Part shown: one piece after another, positions 14,301 through 26,449 of the stretch
How the letters are laid out: every line of letters begins with the position of its first letter
How positions within the stretch are numbered: the first letter of the stretch is position 1
Assembly (NCBI GenBank): GCA_964016885.1
Contig: OZ024749.1
Span: 46,624,001-46,688,000 of the forward strand
Source: Eledone cirrhosa
Lineage: Eukaryota
DNA: 64,000 bases
Reading direction: 5' to 3'
The notes under the pieces: model-generated
Seen by the model: only the letters and a program-made list of their open reading frames with translations
Database searches by the model: none
What the model was told of the DNA's origin: nothing
Program-made: the position numbers and the translations under genes

Positions 14301-15094
14301 AAAATATTTGCCAACTTTTATCTGGTCGATGCAAATAAGTTTAAGTGGATGCTGATTGAAACCATCTAAAATATTTAAAAAAAATACTCGAGCAACATAA
14401 AATAAAACATAAATAAATAATATAATATAAAATAAATTATCGCTGAATTAATATAAATTTTTTGAAAGTAAAATGGACGTGGGGAGGGGAGTATCCGTTT
14501 AATGTTAAATTGGTATCATTCACTCTTAGATTTTATTGCCTCCGAACTAAATCAATTGGACACATGGCAAAAAATAAAACGTTGAATATATGCCTCTAAT
14601 ACCAGTAATTACCTTTTCGAATATTCATTGTGATGGACAATTCCATCATGTCAGATTTTATGTCATTAGAATAACAGTCATCAAGTAAAAAGTCTGAGAG
14701 GCAAAGTAACAATAAAATCAGAGAGAGAGAAGCAAATGACGTATACTAGAGAGAAATAGGGTGCGAACTATATGGCAGAGGCATGGAGTTGTGCAAATAG
14801 AATTATGGAGAATTAAAGAGAATTGGTATGTTTGTGTCTTAGCCAATCTGTATGCATGTGTGTGCGTGTTTGTGCATGTGCGTGCATCTGTGCGTCAGAG
14901 GGAGAGCGAGAGGCAGGGTGTAAATAGTGAAATAGAATTAATGAGTGAAGTCTCGAAATATTTTATAACTCTCAAAACTCACGCTATATTTTACAGCCTT
15001 CTGCTGTAAACCTTTATTGATTTCTTACTGTCTCCCATTGCATACACCACATCGGATGCGTATACTTATATATACATAAGTACAGTCCTTCACT

Positions 15095-15158
<64 letters not shown>

Positions 15159-15161
<3 letters not shown>

Positions 15162-15416
15162 CGTTTCTGAATTTGTTTAGCAAGGTTCTTTATCTGAAAA
15201 CGTGTGTTGAAACCGATATTGTTATGTCACTGAAGAGTTCACATAATGTGTGACGAAAGAACTTTGACAATATATGAACAATCGTCTGGTTGTGGAACCA
15301 ACCAACCAACCAGATATTTATAAATTCCTAAATTTATAAATTTAATTTCTAATAAATTGAAGTGAAAGTAACTGGTGCGTGTGTTTCTTATTGGCAACAT
15401 GACCCTCCCAAAGCAT

Positions 15417-15421
<5 letters not shown>
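15159..15421 (+). mobile_element. Family F copy 1
   Basis: Reverse complement of 33172-33487 but lacks ~55 bp of its interior. Flanked by (TA)n. Hammerhead at 15225-15269. Confidence 0.85.
15225..15269 (+). ncRNA. Minimal hammerhead motif (family F)
   Basis: tgtca-CTGAAGA-gttcacataatgtgtgac-GAA-Agaact-T/tgaca. 5-bp stem I, CUU triplet. Confidence 0.75.
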
Positions 15422-15458
<37 letters not shown>

Positions 15459-16973
15459 TTATAGATATTACGTATATATATATATATATCCACACACGCA
15501 CGTATATATATATATAAAGAGAGAGAGAGAGGGAGAGATATAGAGGGAGAGAGACAGAGACAGAGAGAGAGAGAGGGAGGGGTGAGAGAGAGAAAGAGAG
15601 ATGGAAATTAAGAGAGACACGAAAAGCGATATACTTTTGCAATCTTATTAATTTAAGGCTTGTTGAAAGAAAGCAACGGATGTTTGAACTAGCAGACGCC
15701 AGTCCTTCACGGAGTAAAATTAAACGTACATGAATACGGCGTGGGTAAGGTTGAATAAAAAGGGTTTCATCATGATGTGCGATCTCACCAGTCTTATAGG
15801 AGTGCAGGTAGAACGGTACCTGATGTGTTGGTGCGGATAATTTACACGGGGAGAATATCATACATATTAATTCAAATGTTAAGAGCTTACCATGTGCCAT
15901 TTGCAGCTTGGAAATGAAGGAAAATATTTGAAAAAACACAAGTTAAGTGAAACGAACACCAAGCTATATCTTTTTAAAAAAACTTCCACTATTGTCGAGA
16001 AGATTTTCTTTTCCAATTTTCCTTATGGAGAAATCATCAACCACATGTTAAATATATCCAAATGATTTTCAACTGCGCTACCTTCTTTCATTCGAAACAA
16101 TATTCCAACGATCCAAGGTACTATTTGCGTGCCAAAATATATCAGATAGACTCGAACCATAATCACGACAGTAATTTGGGAAACGAATAAAATATAAATC
16201 TCTATACTGCAGCAAACAATAGCTAATAATCAACAAGATACATACAAATATATTGAAGAACCGCAGGTTATTTTTCATTGTATAGTTGAACTATAAAATG
16301 CTTTTGATATCATAAAGAATTGGTAGATAATACAACCATTAAATATAGACACATTTCAATAATCACTTTTAGTTGATATTCAAAAATTTACCAAGTCATA
16401 TTAAACAAATTTAGAGAGTTAAGAAAATATTAATAAAGTCGAATATTTTACATTAACTAAAATAAATCATGCAGAGTGATAATGTGTCTATTCTGCTCAT
16501 TGAATTCGCGTTAGAGTAGTTATGTTCATTTATTATTCTTTTATTTTTACGTTTAAGCCAGACATATGCGGACAGGCTGGTTTAGGGTGTATTCGTTCGA
16601 TCAAATTGAACAGACTGATCTTGAGTCTATTCGTTCGATCAAATTGATATTAGCAGATTTTTGAAAAGTTTCGTTGTTTATCATCGATCTCTTTTTTGTC
16701 GAAGGCTAAGTGGCAGCATAGAAACAGAGAGTGATGGAAACACTAGGCACACACACACATATACACAGAAACACGCAGACTTATATATTGTTTATCTCCT
16801 AACAACCTGGTGAAACAGAATATCTCTCCCGGCTCGATTTCCACCTAATAATAAGAGAAGGAGCCGAACAGAAATGGAATTGTCATGTGCACTGAAATAC
16901 CCCAATGCATGTCTTTAGTCCTTCTAACAATTTTGTCGATCCACTAAGATGGGGACGAAATTAAAAATAGAGC

Positions 16974-17170
16974 ATAATTTAGGCAAAAGGTAAACATCAC
17001 TAGAAGGAATCTGTCGAATATATCAACCACAGTATTTTATTGGTAATATATTATATCGATGCCGGAAGAGTGTGAAGGTAATTTTACATAGGCGTGATTT
17101 GAACCCAGAACATAACAAGCCGGTAGACATTGAAACGTTTTATCCGGAGTTGTAACAATTCTGCCAATTC
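16974..17170 (-). mobile_element. Old degenerate OK-like SINE
   Basis: aggcaaaagg..ggtaatatattatatcgatgccgga..gatttgaacccag..aattctgccaattc is colinear with the young copies. Confidence 0.6.
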
Positions 17171-17330
17171 CCATCTTTTATGGTGGTATTAATTAAACTA
17201 GCAACTCTGAAACATAATCGGTGTAAGGTCATTCAATTTTAATGTACGTATTTCTCCCTATTCCCTATGTATTCGACGGCAGTTTTATATCTCTACCTCC
17301 CCCTTTTCTCTCTGTCTCTATATCTCTCTC

Positions 17331-17392
<62 letters not shown>

Positions 17393-17410
17393 TATATATA
17401 TATTATATAC

Positions 17411-17601
17411 ATATATTATTTCTGAAGACAGCATATATATGTGTTGGTATGTGTATTTCCTCCGATAGTTTGTAAATTTTTCACATAGATCTATATGATA
17501 TACATACCAACACACACATGTATATCCTAGAAACGGTCGTAAAATGATGCATTTTTTAATATAAGGAACTGTTTCTTTGTTTTTATTCATTGTTTTTCTT
17601 A

Positions 17602-17605
<4 letters not shown>
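17411..17605 (+). mobile_element. Family M copy 1
   Basis: Island flanked by (TA)n. Its 3' part recurs at 45787-45885. Confidence 0.75.
17415..17548 (+). ncRNA. Type I hammerhead motif with ~100-nt stem II (family M)
   Basis: attattt-CTGAAGA-[..tgttggtatgtgtat..atatacataccaaca..]-GAA-Acggtcgt-A/aaatgat. 7-bp stem I with one G-U. The second copy has the perfect palindrome ACGATCGT followed by T/aaataat. Confidence 0.7.
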
Positions 17606-17655
<50 letters not shown>

Positions 17656-17660
<5 letters not shown>

Positions 17661-17766
17661 CATAACAGATTAAAGTGTAAGCAAAGCATCGCTGCTTTCA
17701 CCCTTAACGGGATCTTCTGAAATTATCGAGCCCTCTTTGGATTTTAGTTTTCAAATCTATTATTAT

Positions 17767-17771
<5 letters not shown>
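17656..17771 (+). mobile_element. Family E copy: inverted arm joined directly to tail end
   Basis: 17656-17722 matches the left arm of 63440-63675. 17723-17771 matches the last ~48 bp of its tail. Confidence 0.85.
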
Positions 17772-17812
<41 letters not shown>

Positions 17813-18312
17813 GTCTCCTCGTCCTTAGTCAATCTAACTTTATCTAGATTTTTGTAAAATTACTGATTATTTTCTTAGATAGTATATACTTTTGTTGTAT
17901 AAGATCTATTTACTTATAAACATACTTTAATAGTTCGATTTAATTCAAGCCCTTCATATATCTTTGACATCTTCATATGTACTCTTTCTTGTATTTTATT
18001 TTTAACCACTCCAATCTAATTTTTTTCTTTCAATCTCAAATTTCCGTAACTTACTGCTCCAGTTACTTGTCACATTGTTGATTTAAAAATGTTCGCTTAA
18101 TTTATTTCTCAAATTATAGTCGAAGGAAATCAATTCGAAGTTTTTGAAATAGAAAACGAATTTCTAATCCCAATAACTCCAATGAAAATACTTGAATACT
18201 TACACCCCCGACCCCACCCACCCACACACCCACAGACACAAACACACACATATATATATGTATATAAATATATACATATATATCTATATCTATATCTATC
18301 TATCGATCTATC

Positions 18313-18390
<78 letters not shown>

Positions 18391-18405
18391 TATACATATA
18401 TATAT

Positions 18406-18709
18406 ATATCACATAAGAAACGGAGAATAAGTGTTGCGACGAATAAAATATATTAGACATATTACAATCGTATTTTTCCTTCGTAGAATCGAGACATATC
18501 TGAGGGCCTTGCGACTTCAGAGCCAGTTTCGATCATTACATCGATCGTGCCTCGAGCTGGTCGCCACAGAAACGATTGCAATATGTCTAATACATTTTAT
18601 GAGTCGCAACACTGATTCTCCGTTTCTTATGTGATATCATACTCTGCTCTGTAAGAGCAGTTAGTGCTCCAACGGCCTACCGAGTACGGACGATTTAAGC
18701 ATCCACACC

Positions 18710-18714
<5 letters not shown>
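18406..18714 (+). mobile_element. Family H: fold-back element with tail
   Basis: ~66-bp inverted arms (18406-18472 and ~18572-18637), ~77-bp tail with bulged hairpin at 18640-18666. Flanked by (TA)n. Confidence 0.8.
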
Positions 18715-19038
<324 letters not shown>

Positions 19039-19704
19039 CGCATGTGTGTGTATGTGTGTGAGGTTTTCAATGTAGTCTCTTCATATATAATGGACAAGCT
19101 TGTTTTCTTTTGTATAGTATATCAAAGATACCAGTATACGTTGCATCATGGAGTTGTTAAGCATTAGTATGTTTTCAATTTGAGATTGAGATGTTCAGAC
19201 GGTCGTATGACCTAAAAGGGTTTTCATCCATTCTTCTACTCCAGGCAATCTCAACCAACACGTTCTTTAGATCACTCTATTGAAAGTTAATAAAGTTAAA
19301 AACTATTTGTATTATTTAGTAGTATGGCTTTACTAGTAGTAATTTATCATACACTGACAGAAACAGCGTACAGATAATGGATTTGCATTGTATGGTCCGT
19401 ATTAGGGTTTTTCAATCGCACTAAAAATGTACATAAACTAACATATTTTATAACAAGACAAGTCAATAGAGAAAAAGGAACAATGTCGCTTAGGTAAAGT
19501 AAAAAGAGTATTACTGATTATATATATATATTTCTGTTTGTCTTCACAGAAAATGTGTAATGCAAGATTAACCTTTTAGGAAAGAAAATGGATACATGTA
19601 TCAGTGCGTAAAACATTAAATAATAGTATAATGAAAGATTTCTAAATGTTGAAATCTGAAATGCAACAGAGAAAATAAATTTCATATATATATATATATA
19701 TATT

Positions 19705-19902
19705 TATTAAAATAACAGATTAAAGTTTAAGCAAAACATCGCTGCTTTCACCCTTAACGGGATCTTCTGAAACTAACAAAGTCAATCTGTAAACGCAGAA
19801 GTGGATGTTTCAAAAAACGTTGCAACCGGAGGAAGACATGAAGACGATACTTTGGTTCGTGGAAACGTTTGCTGGCAAAGAACGGGAAATTTATTATTAT
19901 TA
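19705..19902 (+). mobile_element. Family E copy with longer inverted arm
   Basis: aataacagattaaagtttaagcaaaacatcgctgctttcacccttaacgggatcttctgaaact, then ~110 extra bp, then aaatttattattatta resembling the tail end. Confidence 0.75.
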
Positions 19903-19955
19903 TATATATAGATACATTTATTATTATTTATATAGAATTTATTATTATTTAAATT

Positions 19956-20042
<87 letters not shown>

Positions 20043-20387
20043 GTATATATGTGTGTGTGTGTCTCTATCTGTGTGTAGGTTGCTGGTAGATCTGATTTTG
20101 TTTTTACTTTCCAGCTAAGTGGTATATTTCGATAAAAAATCTATCATTATCTGATGAGATTTTCAAATATAAACGCCAGTATCACTGGCGCTGTCAATAC
20201 CTGCACAGTAGATCGACATGAGTAATAGAATTATGGCCCCTGTGAATAATTGGGTTACAATATGTAGGTGAATGAACAAACGAACTCTTATATATCCCTG
20301 AATAATGCTTGAAAAAAACAATGTTTTTTCGAGTGTTTGATCATAGCCATCTGGACTATTGCTATAATATGTTGTTACATCTTATAG

Positions 20388-20574
20388 GAGATCTAATAAA
20401 TGTGGTCCTCGAAAAAATCCAAATGCTGCTATGCGAGGAAGACTATCTAAATGCAACCCTAGCTCGTCAAGTACTAATATGACGGAAAAGTCGAAGTCTT
20501 CGGAATGTTTGTCATTGATGAATGACGATTTGAATCAATCTTCATCATACACGCGATTACGGATAAATCTACAG
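20388..20574 (+). CDS. Candidate internal coding exon, product unknown
   Basis: cttatAG acceptor at 20386-87. One frame is open throughout (RSNKCGPRKNPNAAMRGRLSKCNPSSSSTNMTEKSKSSECLSLMNDDLNQSSSYTRLRINLQ). Good donor CAG|GTAATT. No homology recognised. Confidence 0.3.
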
Positions 20575-20807
20575 GTAATTACAGTTGTCTTTACTCACCC
20601 CATCTCACTAAATACGATATTTGGCAACGTCTTCGTGAAAATATTAACGAAAAGTGTAAACTTCAACTTCAACAGCATTAAGTAACTGGAAATGCAGGTG
20701 ATTCTCCGCGTTTTCTTTTCCTTCATCACCACTGCCACTGTGAATCTCTTCGCTATAATAGGCGGACCCCCCCCCCCAGTAAGCCAGCAAGCCTCAAATT
20801 AATTCAA

Positions 20808-20975
20808 ACATAGGTCCAAGGCAACTCATTTTATGGGAGGTGAAAGTCAGTTACGTTATTGCATTGATATAAGATGATAAAAAGGCAGAGCTAAACTTAT
20901 CGTATTTGAAATAAAAATATAAAGGACCATAAGCAATGATACAAATATTTATATCGGATACTCTAACGATGCTGC
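20808..20975 (-). mobile_element. Old degenerate OK-like SINE
   Basis: cataggtccaaggcaac..gatgataaaaaggcagagctaaac..tatttgaa..actctaacgatgctgct resembles the SINE reverse complement. Confidence 0.45.
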
Positions 20976-21562
20976 TACACCATGTTTAATTATACGAAAA
21001 TAGTATAGGCACCCACACATTTTTGAAGGACGTTTATACTTTTGAAAAATCTACATTGTCACTATTTTCTTACGGCATCTGACAGCTAATACACATTTTG
21101 GTGCTCATGAGATTTATTTACACTGCTGTATGTGCTCATCAGATTTACTTTACACTGCTAGTCATGTCAGTATTTATTTAATTGAATAATCTTTCTAATC
21201 TTCTTATATTGATTTAAGATATTGCCACGACATTTCGTGTATGTTCCGCCAAATATGAAAAATCCAAAAATGTTTACCGTTTAATAGTCATATTAAATTA
21301 CATTTCAGAAATTGATGCAGCTCGATATTCTAAACAAACTCAAGGTTGAATAACTGTAAAGGTAATTCACTGCAATGAATAACACCTGAGAATGTTTTAC
21401 TCAATGGAGTGTATAATATCAATATGTTACATGAGACTGGGGCAATACAATTAATAATCTTCTATCGAATTATTGAACAAAATAGAACACACTAACAATT
21501 ATTATCCGTCACACATAACATCTTATTCTTGTATCATTATTTTTTTTTTCAGTTTTTCATCA

Positions 21563-21573
21563 CCCGCCCCAAT
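21563..21573 (+). promoter_or_regulatory. Overlapping GC box and CCAAT box (candidate promoter)
   Basis: cccgccccaat in an AT-rich background. Inr-like TCAGTC at 21846 and ~21874, followed by an A-rich leader-like tract. Confidence 0.25.
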
Positions 21574-22416
21574 CGGCTAATTAAAAAGGGAAACAAAAAT
21601 AAAAGTAAATGAATATAATTAATAACAAATGTTTAAAAAAAAACAACAACAACCGAGAATTGATTTATCTTCATTTACGCTTAGTTTCTTTAGGTATTTT
21701 TCGTATAGTTTATCAACTTATTTTGATATTATATATTTTATAACAAAGATAAGTTCTTGTCGGCAAACCAGTTCAGACGAATCGAATCTTGCGTTCGTTC
21801 AAATTAACTCTCGAATAGTATTTACACTTCGCTTAACAATTAAACTCAGTCAATAACGCAAGCAGGAAGCGAATCAGTCAAAAGTAATTGGTTGAAAAAT
21901 CGCCATTGTGGAGAAAATGATAAGTGGTTAAACCAAACGCAAACAGGAGGAAGAAATAACAGAGAATATAGTAAAATAAATATGGTTGGTTGCAGGTGGA
22001 CAGGGAAAAAAACTAGTTTGCTTAATACTTGTGTTTGCAGACAAGACAACAAAGCACCCACTGAAACAGAACACAATAAATACAACATTAAAAAAGTGAA
22101 CTGAAAGAAATTAGAGTGGAACCAAAACGTAAGAAATTAGTAGCAAAAAATAATACACACCACTATACAATTTCACACGTATACACCAAAAAAAGAAACG
22201 TATACAAACAGGTACGCATGTGCAATTTTACAAATGCATACAGATATAAGCATGCAAACACAAACATATATACACATACACGCAAACGCATGCATGCGTA
22301 TTTCCAGCAGACACTGCATTGACTGAAAGACAAACATTGAGTACAAATCCAAGCTACATTTATCAAAAGCGGCCTTTGAACTACATCAGGGCAGCTAATA
22401 TTGAACAAGAAAGGAA

Positions 22417-22517
22417 ATGAACAAAGTACAAACGAAGCGGAAATTCAACCATTCTCTGAAGCAAACATTAAATAATGAAGTGAAGATCGATCTGGAGAAT
22501 GAATCTACCGATGCCGG
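22417..22517 (+). CDS. Candidate first coding exon, product unknown
   Basis: gaa[36 protein letters not shown](G), then a weak donor GG|GTTGTG. Lies downstream of the candidate promoter. Confidence 0.2.
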
Positions 22518-22612
22518 GTTGTGCGCTGTTCTTTATATCAAATAAGAGCGTTAAGATTAAATAACCGCAAATACGTAGCTATTATTTATTTGTCAGATAA
22601 TATATATATACA

Positions 22613-22688
<76 letters not shown>

Positions 22689-22701
22689 GTGTGTGTAAAT
22701 G

Positions 22702-22787
<86 letters not shown>

Positions 22788-23072
22788 GCAGATTTTAAAT
22801 GTATATTTCTCTTCGTGCGTCAGGCTAATCAGTGAATTGTCTTTCTTTATATTTCTGTCCATATATGTGAGGTCTGTTTGATGTATAATATATAATATCT
22901 AGTACATGACTAGAAAACAGAACCACCCCATATATAATTGCATTTAAACACAAACAGGAGTGTACACATCTATATCTATTTCTCAATCCCACTATATACG
23001 TGCGCACAAACACACACAATCATACACATACATGCCCATACACATATACTCACGCACACATATACATACACG

Positions 23073-23146
<74 letters not shown>

Positions 23147-23148
<2 letters not shown>

Positions 23149-23358
23149 ACAAAGGAGTTGTGGTAAGGAACCAGATGGACCATAATGCACCAGAGTACTC
23201 AATACTAAGGGTAGTAGGGTGGGTAATAGGAGAAAGTATGACTCCAACGGCAGAGCTTAAGCCGTTTCGACGGCTGTTTCTGGACTAAAAGAAAAAAACT
23301 GTTTTTTAGTCCAGAAATAGCCGTCGAAACGGCTTGAGCTCTGCCGTCGGTGTCATAC

Positions 23359-23364
<6 letters not shown>
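23147..23364 (-). mobile_element. Family A copy 5 (subfamily b)
   Basis: Tail plus palindrome with a longer centre (ctggactaaaagaaaaaaactgttttttagtccag). Confidence 0.9.
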
Positions 23365-23401
<37 letters not shown>

Positions 23402-23404
<3 letters not shown>

Positions 23405-25157
23405 ACTTAGAGTTTACACTCAATTGGGTCATTTACAATTATTTCAACTTTAAGAATCGCTTCTGAGCAGTATAAATTAATATATGATAAACATTTACAT
23501 GTTTTAGTTGCAATTGACTAATAAAATGGTTTGATAGAAATATCTTAATTCAAATACATATAGTTTGCCTGTACGATCTAAAAAATAATAAATCAATACT
23601 CACAAATCCGTATGGGCAAAAGGCCCTGGTACCTAGACACGTTTAAATTTTAAAATACAAACTTTTTCCGCAAATCGGTCAGAACTTCAAACTTTAAACA
23701 TGTTTCACAAAGGATTGTATAATAGTGAAATAATTAATTAATTAGTAGTGAGTTAATTAATTTCCTGTGTTTATCAATAGGTACCCAGATAAATTAAGTA
23801 ACTTCACCTCAGAAAAATATGTAAGGTCTGGTTAACGTAGCGAAAATACACGAGGTTTTGCACACGACTTATTCCAGTCCTCTAACCTCCCACACATAGT
23901 GTTAGAAATAACAGCCGTTTATATGGGATTACAAATTCAGCTCGACTGAGGGAGCAGTAATATAATATAACTTAGAGTTTACACTCAATGGGGTCATTTA
24001 CAATTATTTCAGCTCTAAGAATCGCTTCTGAGCAGTATAAATTAATATATGATAAACATTTACATGTTTTAGTTGCAATTGACTGATAAAATGGTTAGAA
24101 TGAAATATCTTAATTCAAATACATATAGTTTGCCTGTACGATCTAAAAAATAATAAATCAATACTCACAAACCCGGCTGTTATTTCTAGCACTATGTGTG
24201 GGAGGTTAGAGGACTGGAATAAGTCGTGTGCACAACCTCGTGTATTTTCGCTACGTTAACCAGACCTTATATATTTATCTGGGTATCTATTGATAAACAC
24301 AGACAATTAACTAACTCACTACTAATTAATTAATTATTTCACTATTATACCATCCTTTGTGAAACATGTTTAAACTTTGAAGTTCTGACCGATCTGCGGA
24401 ACAAGTTTGTATTTTGAAATTTAAACGTGTCTAGGTACAAATGCATTTTGCCCATACGGGTTTGTGCGTATTGATTTATTATTTTTAAGATCGTACATGC
24501 AAACTATATCAATTTGAATTAAGATATTTCATTCTAACCATTTTATTAGGCAATTGCAACTAAAACATGTACATGTTTATCATATATTAATTTATACTGC
24601 TCAGAAGTGATTCTTAGAGCTGAAATAATTGTAAATGACCCCATTGAGTGTAAACTCTAAGTTATATTATATTACTGCTCCCTCAGTCGAACTGAATTTA
24701 TAATCCCATATAAACGGCTGTTATTTCTAGAACTATGTGTGGGAGGTTAGAGGACTGGAATAAGTCGTGTGAAAAACCTCGTGTATTTTCGCTACGTTAA
24801 CCAGACCTTAGATATTTTTCTGAGGTGAAGTTACTTAATTTATCTGGGTACCTATTGACGAACACAGAACATTAATTAACTCACTACTAATTAATTAATT
24901 ATTTCACTATTATACCATCCTTTGTGAAACATGTTTAACGTTTGAAGTTCTGACAGATGTGCGGAAAAAGTTTGTATTTTGAAATTTAAACGTGTCTAGG
25001 TACCAAGGCCTTTTGCCCATACGGGTTTGTGAGTATTGATTTATTATTTGTTTAGATCGTACAGGCAAACTATATGTATTTGAATTAAGATATTTCATTC
25101 TAACCATTTTATTAGTCAATTGCAATTAAAACATGTAAATGTTTATCATATATTAAT
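23402..25157 (-). mobile_element. Family N: 565-bp monomer in tandem and inverted array (about 3 monomers)
   Basis: ataacttagagtttacactc starts at 23402 and again at 23967. Orientation flips at 24174-75, then ~1.75 reverse-complement monomers run to 25157. (TA)n on both sides. Confidence 0.9.
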
Positions 25158-25175
25158 ATATATATATATATATAT

Positions 25176-25363
25176 GAGTCCAGTCGTTTTCGTTGCTATG
25201 GCAAAGCGGCTGGACTGCCGATCGCTATATTTGATTTGCAAAGCTGTCTAAATGTATTGTTATAAATCTGGCGTATTATTCTCCATCGAATGCTAAAGCT
25301 ACATTCCGAATTTACATTCGTTAGCTTAGCCCCAGCCTAAAGCTTCGTTAATGCCGTACTAAA

Positions 25364-25427
<64 letters not shown>

Positions 25428-25576
25428 TGTAACGGACATTATTATTATATATATATATATATATATATACTGTTTATATTATATATATATATTATATATA
25501 TATTATATATATATATATATATACACATTTTAGTACGGCATTAACGAAGCTTTAGGCTGGGGCTAAGCTAACGAAT
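25176..25576. mobile_element. Family P: element end duplicated as a perfect 54-bp inverted repeat across a TA-rich spacer
   Basis: 25316-25369 is the exact reverse complement of 25523-25576. 5' hairpin agtccagtcg..cggctggact near 25177-25216. Confidence 0.75.
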
Positions 25577-25636
25577 TATATATATTATATATATATACTG
25601 TTTATATTATATATATATATATTATAAACAGTATAA

Positions 25637-25803
25637 GTAGAGCGTCGGACGCCATGCTTTCCAGTATAGTTAGTCCCTTTAGGATCTGAGTTCAAGTCCA
25701 ACCCAGGTTTACTTTGCCTTTCATTCTTACGGGGTCGATAAAATAAAGTACCAGTAATGTACTGGGTAATTGCTGGCCTTGTGCCAAATGTAGAAACAAT
25801 TAT
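25637..25803 (+). mobile_element. OK-like tRNA-derived SINE, nearly full length
   Basis: B-box-like gagttcaagtcc, core ctttgcctttcattcttacggggtcgataaaataaagtaccag, tail agaaacaattattatt. Confidence 0.9.
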
Positions 25804-25935
25804 TATTAATATTATTATAATTATTCTCTACATTCCTTACATCAAACTAAAATATGTTGACAATCTGTTTATAATGTCTTCCTTGTGAAAATTGTGGTCT
25901 TGTTTTGCTTAACTAATAAATATATGTATATATAT

Positions 25936-26110
<175 letters not shown>

Positions 26111-26142
26111 TATATATATATATATATGTATTTATATGTATA

Positions 26143-26221
<79 letters not shown>

Positions 26222-26231
26222 GGAGAGAGAG

Positions 26232-26414
26232 AGATGAGATTTTACAGGACTAGAACTGTTTCATTCTTTAGATCTCATCAGATCCCTGATGATTTCTAAA
26301 GATTGAAACAGTCCCAGTCCTGTAGAATCTTATCTATATTAAAACTGTTATACTCTGCTATGTATTGAGTACCTTACCTACTGTGGTTACCTTCGATTCA
26401 ACTCGGAATATACG

Positions 26415-26416
<2 letters not shown>
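26232..26416 (+). mobile_element. Family C: fold-back plus tail
   Basis: Arms around catcag-atcc-ctgatg, a CTGATGA-stem-GAAA core, and a tail hairpin at 26351-26371. Confidence 0.85.

Positions 26417-26449
<33 letters not shown>

Noticed and set aside
16590-16647. 20-bp direct repeat tattcgttcgatcaaattga x2, and a similar ~31-bp duplication near 21102-21158
   Set aside because: Simple local tandem duplications of two units with no further structure.
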